Positions 58,838 through 64,000 of a stretch of 64,000 nucleotides of DNA are shown piece by piece. The stretch is taken from assembly GCA_963781585.1 (NCBI GenBank), contig CAWAGQ010000004.1, positions 64,001 through 128,000 of the forward strand, written 5' to 3'. Source of the stretch: an uncultured Gemmatimonadaceae bacterium (GTDB taxonomy: Bacteria > Gemmatimonadota > Gemmatimonadetes > Gemmatimonadales > Gemmatimonadaceae). Under the pieces are notes generated by a model that had not been told where the DNA came from, made no database searches, and saw only the letters and a program-made list of their open reading frames with translations. The position numbers and the translations under genes are program-made. The stretch's first letter is position 1, and each line of letters opens with the position of its first letter.

Positions 58838-60483
58838 CCCGACGCGCCCGCCGCCGCTTCGGTGACCGCGCTCCGGTAGTGGTCTCCGTATTCGCGGCGA
58901 AGAGTGGACTTCGAGAACTTGCCGGCACTGGTCTTCGGAATCGCCGGCACAAAGACGATGTCGTCGGGAAGACACCACTTCGCAAATTTCAACGCCAGGT
59001 GTGCTTTCAGCATTTCGCACGTCACGGCGCGTCCCTCCTTCAATGTCACCACCGCGAGCGGGCGCTCGTCCCACTTTGCGTGCGGCACCGCGATCACCGC
59101 CGCCTCGGCCACGTCGGGATGCCCCATCAGTTCGTTTTCCAACGCGACCGAGCTGATCCACTCGCCGCCTGACTTGATGAGGTCCTTTGCGCGGTCCTGG
59201 ATGGTCAGACATCCGCTGGGGTCGATCGTCACGACGTCGCCGGTGCGAAACCAGCCGTCGTCGCTGAACTGCGTAATCGCTTCGTCCGGCCGGTAGTACG
59301 CGGAGGCCACCCACGGACCGCGTACTTCGAGTTCCCCCATCGCCCTGCCATCCCATGGTACGAAGCCGTCCTCGCTCCGCGCACGAATCTCGATCAGCGA
59401 CACTGGACGGCCCTGCCTGGCTCGACAGGCGTACTTCGTGTCATCATCCGCGGCGTCCAGCGCGCACGGCACGTGCGAAATCGATCCGATCGGAGCGAGC
59501 TCCGTCATCCCCCATCCCTGGACAACGTGAAGCCCATGCCGCTCCTGAAAGCCACGGATCATCGCCTCAGGGACGGCTGCGCCACCGCAGGCCAGGGTGC
59601 GGAGTGCCGAGAGGTCGTAGCGCCCGGGAGCAGCATCGAGGGTCTGCAGTATGCCCAGCCAGATCGTCGGGACCCCCGAGGTGAACGTCACCCGCTCGGC
59701 GCTGAGCAGCTCGAGCAGCGATGGCGGATCGAGATGCGGACCGGGATGCACCTGAGCGGCGCCGACCAGGGCACCGGAAAACGGAAGACCCCAGGCGTTG
59801 GCGTGAAACATGGGAACGACCGGCAGGATGCGATCCCGCTCGGTGCAGGGCAATGCGTCGGCGAGGAGAACGCCCAGCGTGTGGAGCACCAGCGCCCGGT
59901 GCGAGTAGAGCACGCCCTTTGGCTTTCCCGTCGTCCCTGACGTGTAGCACAACACCGCGGCGAGCCGCTCGTCCACATCGTCGAACGGGAAGGCATTCCC
60001 GTCTTCGCCGGCCAGAATATCCTCGTAGTCGAGCGTACCCGGTTCCTTCACGCCGCCATCGGACATCACGACGACGTGTCGCACATGCGTCAGCGGCGCG
60101 ACCTTCCGCCAGAGTGGGAGCAGCACGTCATCAACCAGCACGACCGAATCGTCCGCATGGTTCACGATGTACGCGAGGTCCGAGGGGTGGAGGCGGAGGT
60201 TGAGCGTGTGCAGTACCGCGCCGGTCGACGGAACGCCGTAGTACGCCTCGAGGTGTCTCGCGTGATTCCAGGCCAGCGTCGCCACACGATCGCCGTCCGC
60301 CACGCCGAGCCGGTGAAGCGCCTGCACCAGCCGACCGGATCGTTCCAGGCACTCGCGGTACGTGTAGCGCTGGACCGAGCGGTCGGGCCGTCGCCAGACG
60401 ATCTCCTGTGACCCGAAGAGCGCACGCGTTCGCCGCAACAGCAGGGGGACGGACAACGGTGTGTCCATCATCAAGCCTTGCAT
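58834..60483 (-). CDS. Long-chain fatty acid--CoA ligase (AlkK-like)
   Basis: YTSGTTGKPKG, PMFHANAWG, WGMTE, FRTGD, DRAKDLIKSGGEWISS, GKFSK. Confidence 0.92.
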   Translation of the reverse strand: MQGLMMDTPLSVPLLLRRTRALFGSQEIVWRRPDRSVQRYTYRECLERSGRLVQALHRLGVADGDRVATLAWNHARHLEAYYGVPSTGAVLHTLNLRLHPSDLAYIVNHADDSVVLVDDVLLPLWRKVAPLTHVRHVVVMSDGGVKEPGTLDYEDILAGEDGNAFPFDDVDERLAAVLCYTSGTTGKPKGVLYSHRALVLHTLGVLLADALPCTERDRILPVVPMFHANAWGLPFSGALVGAAQVHPGPHLDPPSLLELLSAERVTFTSGVPTIWLGILQTLDAAPGRYDLSALRTLACGGAAVPEAMIRGFQERHGLHVVQGWGMTELAPIGSISHVPCALDAADDDTKYACRARQGRPVSLIEIRARSEDGFVPWDGRAMGELEVRGPWVASAYYRPDEAITQFSDDGWFRTGDVVTIDPSGCLTIQDRAKDLIKSGGEWISSVALENELMGHPDVAEAAVIAVPHAKWDERPLAVVTLKEGRAVTCEMLKAHLALKFAKWCLPDDIVFVPAIPKTSAGKFSKSTLRREYGDHYRSAVTEAAAGASG

Positions 60484-60632
60484 GGTCGCCTCCGCGGCCG
60501 GGTACGTTCCTGACGCGCGGCTGAAACTGGAACGTGCCTCGCACGCGCACAAGCCGGCGACTTTCGGGTCACGCGGCGCTGCCGCATGTTGTGGGCTGCG
60601 CGGCGCCCGCCCGGCGCAACACGAGGCCCGTC

Positions 60633-61562
60633 ATGTCCCGACGACACACACACCAGTCTCATTGGTGGACGAATTCGCGTTCCTTCACGATCGGGGCGCT
60701 GGCGTCCTGCGTCATTCAGGCATCCGGCGCCAGGGCACAGGCGTCCGACCCGGACATCTTCCTTGCGCGCCTGACGAGTCGCGCGGGGCGGCTCTCGGTC
60801 GACTCACTCCGGAACCTGACGCACCGAGCCGGCTACGACAACCAGCCGTCGTGGTCGCCCGACGGGAAGGATCTCTACTTCACGTCGGTCCGTGACGACG
60901 CGCAGGCCGACATCTATCGTATCGACGTCGCGTCGGGGGCCATGACGCGCGTGACGACCACCGCGCCGGAAAGCGAGTACTCGGCAACGGTGATGCCCGG
61001 CGGCGGCGCGATTTCGGTTGTACGGGTCGAGCGCGACTCCGCGCAACGTCTCTGGCGCGTTCCCCTGCACGGTGGACCTCCGACACTCATCCTGGAGCGC
61101 GTGAAGCCGGTGGGATACCACGCCTGGGCGGACTCCACGACGCTCGCGCTCTACGTGCTCGGCAATCCGAACACGCTCCAGATCGCGGACACGCGCACCG
61201 GGCGCGCTGATACCGTGGTGACCAACATCGGCCGCTCGTTGCAGCGCGTCCCCGGCGCGCATCGCGTGAGCTTCGTGCGCAGGGTCAGTCGTGACGAGTC
61301 GTGGATCGAGTTGCTCGACCCGGCGACTCGGGCGATGCAGCGAATCGTGAAGCTTCCCGCCGGTGTGGAGGACTATGCCTGGACACCGGACGGAATGCTG
61401 CTCGCCGGCAAGGGCAGCGAGTTGTTGCGCTGCGATCCTGGTGGCGGCACCACGTGGGAGACGGTTGCCGACCTCTCGTCGTTCGGACTGACCAGCATCA
61501 CGCGGCTGGCAGTATCACCCCGCGGAGACGCGATCGCGATTGTTGCCGTGCCGCGAGAGTAG
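60633..61562 (+). CDS. TolB-like beta-propeller protein (PD40 repeats)
   Basis: GYDNQPSWSPDG, SEYSAT, YAWTPDG, RLAVSPRG; probable signal peptide. Confidence 0.8.
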   Translation: MSRRHTHQSHWWTNSRSFTIGALASCVIQASGARAQASDPDIFLARLTSRAGRLSVDSLRNLTHRAGYDNQPSWSPDGKDLYFTSVRDDAQADIYRIDVASGAMTRVTTTAPESEYSATVMPGGGAISVVRVERDSAQRLWRVPLHGGPPTLILERVKPVGYHAWADSTTLALYVLGNPNTLQIADTRTGRADTVVTNIGRSLQRVPGAHRVSFVRRVSRDESWIELLDPATRAMQRIVKLPAGVEDYAWTPDGMLLAGKGSELLRCDPGGGTTWETVADLSSFGLTSITRLAVSPRGDAIAIVAVPRE

Positions 61563-61611
61563 GATCGCCGTCCCCGGAACGGCGTCCGCGGGGCGACCGC
61601 CTGGATTCACG

Positions 61612-62145
61612 TCACACCGCGTTTCGGCGGAAGCATGCCCGCGGCACGATCGGCACGCCGTGCGCACGGAGGGTCTCGTATCGCGCGAGTTTCTCGGGGT
61701 ACCGCGACACCGAGGTCCGGGTGTAGCCGAGCGACTCGAAGAAGCCATGCGAGAGCGTCATGGCGAAGACTTCGTCGATGCCTCGCCGGCGCGCGATGGC
61801 TTCCGCTCCCCGAACCGCGAGGCTGCCCAGGCCACGTCCGTGGGCGTCGGGGTCGACGGCCACGCAGCCGATTTCGGCGAGCGAAGGCGAGTACTCGTAG
61901 AGCGCGGAGCACGCCCTGACCCGATCGTTGCCGTCGGCGACCACAACATACGAGTCGATGTCTCCCGCGATTTCTTCCGGCGTTCTGCGGATCATCAGGC
62001 CGTTGGCCGCGTAGCGGGCAACCAGGTCGTGGATCGCGGGGACGTCGGCGGCGCAGGCTGGGCGCACCACATGAGACGCCGTGAGGTGCGGGCGAGTGGT
62101 GGAGACGAGGGGTCGTGGTCGGCCGGCCCATGCCAGTTTATGCAT
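61612..62145 (-). CDS. argA: GNAT acetyltransferase, short ArgA-like N-acetylglutamate synthase
   Basis: VVRPA...DVPAI...LAEIGCVAVDP...GRGLG...VFAMT...FFESLGY resembles short actinobacterial-type ArgA; ARG-box-like site at the 5' end; start may be GTG 62070. Confidence 0.7.
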   Translation of the reverse strand: MHKLAWAGRPRPLVSTTRPHLTASHVVRPACAADVPAIHDLVARYAANGLMIRRTPEEIAGDIDSYVVVADGNDRVRACSALYEYSPSLAEIGCVAVDPDAHGRGLGSLAVRGAEAIARRRGIDEVFAMTLSHGFFESLGYTRTSVSRYPEKLARYETLRAHGVPIVPRACFRRNAV

Positions 62146-62167
62146 AGACAATGCATAAATAGGCGCT
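62129..62167. promoter_or_regulatory. Tandem ARG-box-like ArgR operator
   Basis: caTGCCAGTTTATGCAta-gac-aaTGCATAAATAGGCGct: two 18-mers spaced by 3 bp, AT-rich, inner halves match TGNAT-W4-ATNCA. Confidence 0.55.
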
Positions 62168-62224
62168 CGGGTGAACGCAAGAGACGCTGATCGGAGTCCG
62201 GCGACCAAAGGTCGCAGTGGAGCG

Positions 62225-63226
62225 TCAGCCCCGGGCGTCCACGTCGATCACCACTTTCCCGAACGTCGCATTCGACTCCATTCGCCGGTGCGCGTCGCCG
62301 ATCCGGCTCAGCGGAAAGATGGAGTCCACCACGGGACGCAACTCGCCCGACGCCAGACGGGGCACGACCTCGCGACTGAACGCCTCCGCCACCGCGATCT
62401 TCTCTTCCAGGGCGCGCGCACGCAGCACCGTGCCGCGCAGCGTCAGCCGCTTCCCCAGAACGCGGCGCACATCGATGGTCGACTGGGCGCCGGCCACCGC
62501 ACCCACCATCATCAGGCGTCCCTTCACGGCCAGCGCTTCGACGCAGGCAGGAAAGTACGGTCCGCCCAGCAGGTCGAGTACGACATCCACGCCGCGCTGG
62601 GCAGTCCAGCCGGCGACTGCGGCCGTGAGGGCCTGGGGATTGCTCCCGTCCACCACCGCCCCGTCGGCCAGACCAAGGTCGCGGGCCCGTTCGATCTTGT
62701 CCGGCGTGCGGGATGTCCCGTAGGGCACCGCCTCCCAGGCGCGGGCCACCTGCACCGCCGCCAGCCCTACTCCGCTCCCGGTGGCGAGCACGAGCACGGT
62801 CTCTCCGGCCTGGAGCCCTGCCTGGCTGACCAGGGCATCGTGCGCGGTGATGAAGGCTTCCGGCACCGCGGCGGCGCCGATCCAGTCGAGCCGTTCCGGG
62901 ATGGCGGCCAGGGTCGCTTCGTGCGCCACGAGGAACTCGGCGTGGCCGCCGCCGCCGATGATGCCGAATACGCGCGCTCCAACCTGCCACCGCGTGGCGC
63001 CGGGTCCGGTCGCGTCCACGACGCCGGCGAACTCGATGCCGGGAATCGACCGCGGAGCGTCGTTAGGCGGCGAGTACCGGCCCGTCCGTTGCAGTACATC
63101 GGCCCGATTGAGTGCCGACGCGTGCACGCGTACCAGCACCTGGCGCGGACCCGGGACCGGTTGCTCCGCCTCGCGAACCTCGAGATGCTCGGGGCCGCCC
63201 GGCTGGGTGATCACGACGGCTCTCAC
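62225..63226 (-). CDS. NAD(P)H-quinone oxidoreductase (zeta-crystallin/PIG3 family)
   Basis: ALNRAD, PGIEFAG, PEAFITA, GSGVGLAAVQ, GTVLRAR, FGKVV; GTG 63226. Confidence 0.9.
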   Translation of the reverse strand: MRAVVITQPGGPEHLEVREAEQPVPGPRQVLVRVHASALNRADVLQRTGRYSPPNDAPRSIPGIEFAGVVDATGPGATRWQVGARVFGIIGGGGHAEFLVAHEATLAAIPERLDWIGAAAVPEAFITAHDALVSQAGLQAGETVLVLATGSGVGLAAVQVARAWEAVPYGTSRTPDKIERARDLGLADGAVVDGSNPQALTAAVAGWTAQRGVDVVLDLLGGPYFPACVEALAVKGRLMMVGAVAGAQSTIDVRRVLGKRLTLRGTVLRARALEEKIAVAEAFSREVVPRLASGELRPVVDSIFPLSRIGDAHRRMESNATFGKVVIDVDARG

Positions 63227-63380
63227 GGTGACTCCGGTACGGGGTGACCGGGCTCCTCCTGCACGTCCCCTCCCGTGCCGCGATCGCTGCCGGCCGGGCG
63301 TGCGCGAAACCCGCTGCTCCACATATCGTAGTGGGAGGCGAAGCACCTCGCATTTCCTGTGCGCAACGAGGACACCGATC

Positions 63381-63665
63381 ATGCTGCAGACACTGCTCTG
63401 GCTCGCGGCCTCCACCGCCGTCGCCTACTGGGGATATTCACGCGCGCGGCGGTTCGTCGCCCAACGCCTTCGCTACGTGGACGTCGTGAATCACCCGGCC
63501 GCTCCGGTCGTCGCTGCGGTCGCGGCCGCGGCGCTCGCCACGCCAATCGTCGCATTCCTTCCGATTGTGGGCGGCGTGACCGCCGTCGCATTCGGCGTTT
63601 CGGTCGGCATGGGCGTGGCCGCCGGCCGCTCAGAGATCCGGCGCAGCCTGCCTCCCGCCTCCTGA
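63381..63665 (+). CDS. Small membrane hypothetical protein (94 aa)
   Basis: GAGG SD; three hydrophobic segments around ARRFVAQRLRYVD. Confidence 0.65.
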   Translation: MLQTLLWLAASTAVAYWGYSRARRFVAQRLRYVDVVNHPAAPVVAAVAAAALATPIVAFLPIVGGVTAVAFGVSVGMGVAAGRSEIRRSLPPAS

Positions 63666-63919
63666 CTCGGCCGGAGGTCGACAACCTCCGCGGCATCGCC
63701 TCCGCCGGATCGCGTCGCACGGAGTCCGGCGAGCCGGGAAACCCGGAAGCGAGAATCGGGCCGGACGACGACCTACAATCCGTCGGCCGGCCCGATTCTG
63801 TTGAGCGCCACCTGTTGCTCGCCTTCCGTCGATCGGCGCTAACGGCGGCGCCCGACCAACGGCCGACTGCGGCGAAACGCGCCGTGTCAGGTTCCGGCTG
63901 CCGGCGCGAAACGCGCCTG

Positions 63920-64000
63920 CTACTCGGTTGCCGGGTTGATCCCTCCGTCGGTCTTCCGATCGCGCGTCAGCCAGCGCACCAACCACACGATCAGCATGAT
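63920..64000 (-). CDS. 3' end of a membrane protein running in from beyond the window
   Basis: Minus frame reads IMLIVWLVRWLTRDRKTDGGINPATE-stop. Confidence 0.4.
   Translation of the reverse strand: MMLIVWLVRWLTRDRKTDGGINPATE

Noticed and set aside
1..64000. Mobile elements, prophage, tRNA/rRNA, defence systems
   Set aside because: No integrase, transposase, phage, nuclease/toxin or stable-RNA signatures recognised, other than the SRP RNA.

Overview
High-GC bacterial chromosomal window, probably Gemmatimonadota (inferred from gene content and style: mglBA after recR, a PEP-CTERM protein, bshB1, expanded MacB-type permeases, GGRGG inserts; not proven). It is mostly core genome with about 53 CDS. 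Main blocks: a zinc-metallopeptidase/ATP-grasp pair; a TonB-dependent receptor preceded by a His/Cys-rich upstream ORF; cytochrome c plus a Tat-type flavoprotein; csp; tal-pyk-MBL-pgi-fba; SRP RNA-dnaX-ybaB-recR-mglB-mglA-pgsA-cinA-grpE-dnaJ; a PEP-CTERM gene; bshB1-kynA-kynB and iscS-mnmA; two convergent MacAB-TolC-type clusters with five permeases and one ATPase; a 1327-aa sensor kinase followed by a pseudokinase-kinase protein; a cytochrome b/Mo-oxidoreductase pair; dinB; an acyl-CoA ligase; and a short ArgA with tandem ARG-box-like sites. I saw no rRNA, tRNA, CRISPR array, integrase, transposase or prophage. The best candidates for undescribed systems are (1) a leaderless CruR/DUF2946-like metal-sensing arrest-peptide uORF with a variant IGPP end in front of the TonB receptor, (2) an orphan histidine kinase paired with a JAK-like pseudokinase-kinase, and (3) an A-B-A'-B' permease array sharing a single ATPase. 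All calls come from motif recognition by eye; no database searches were run.
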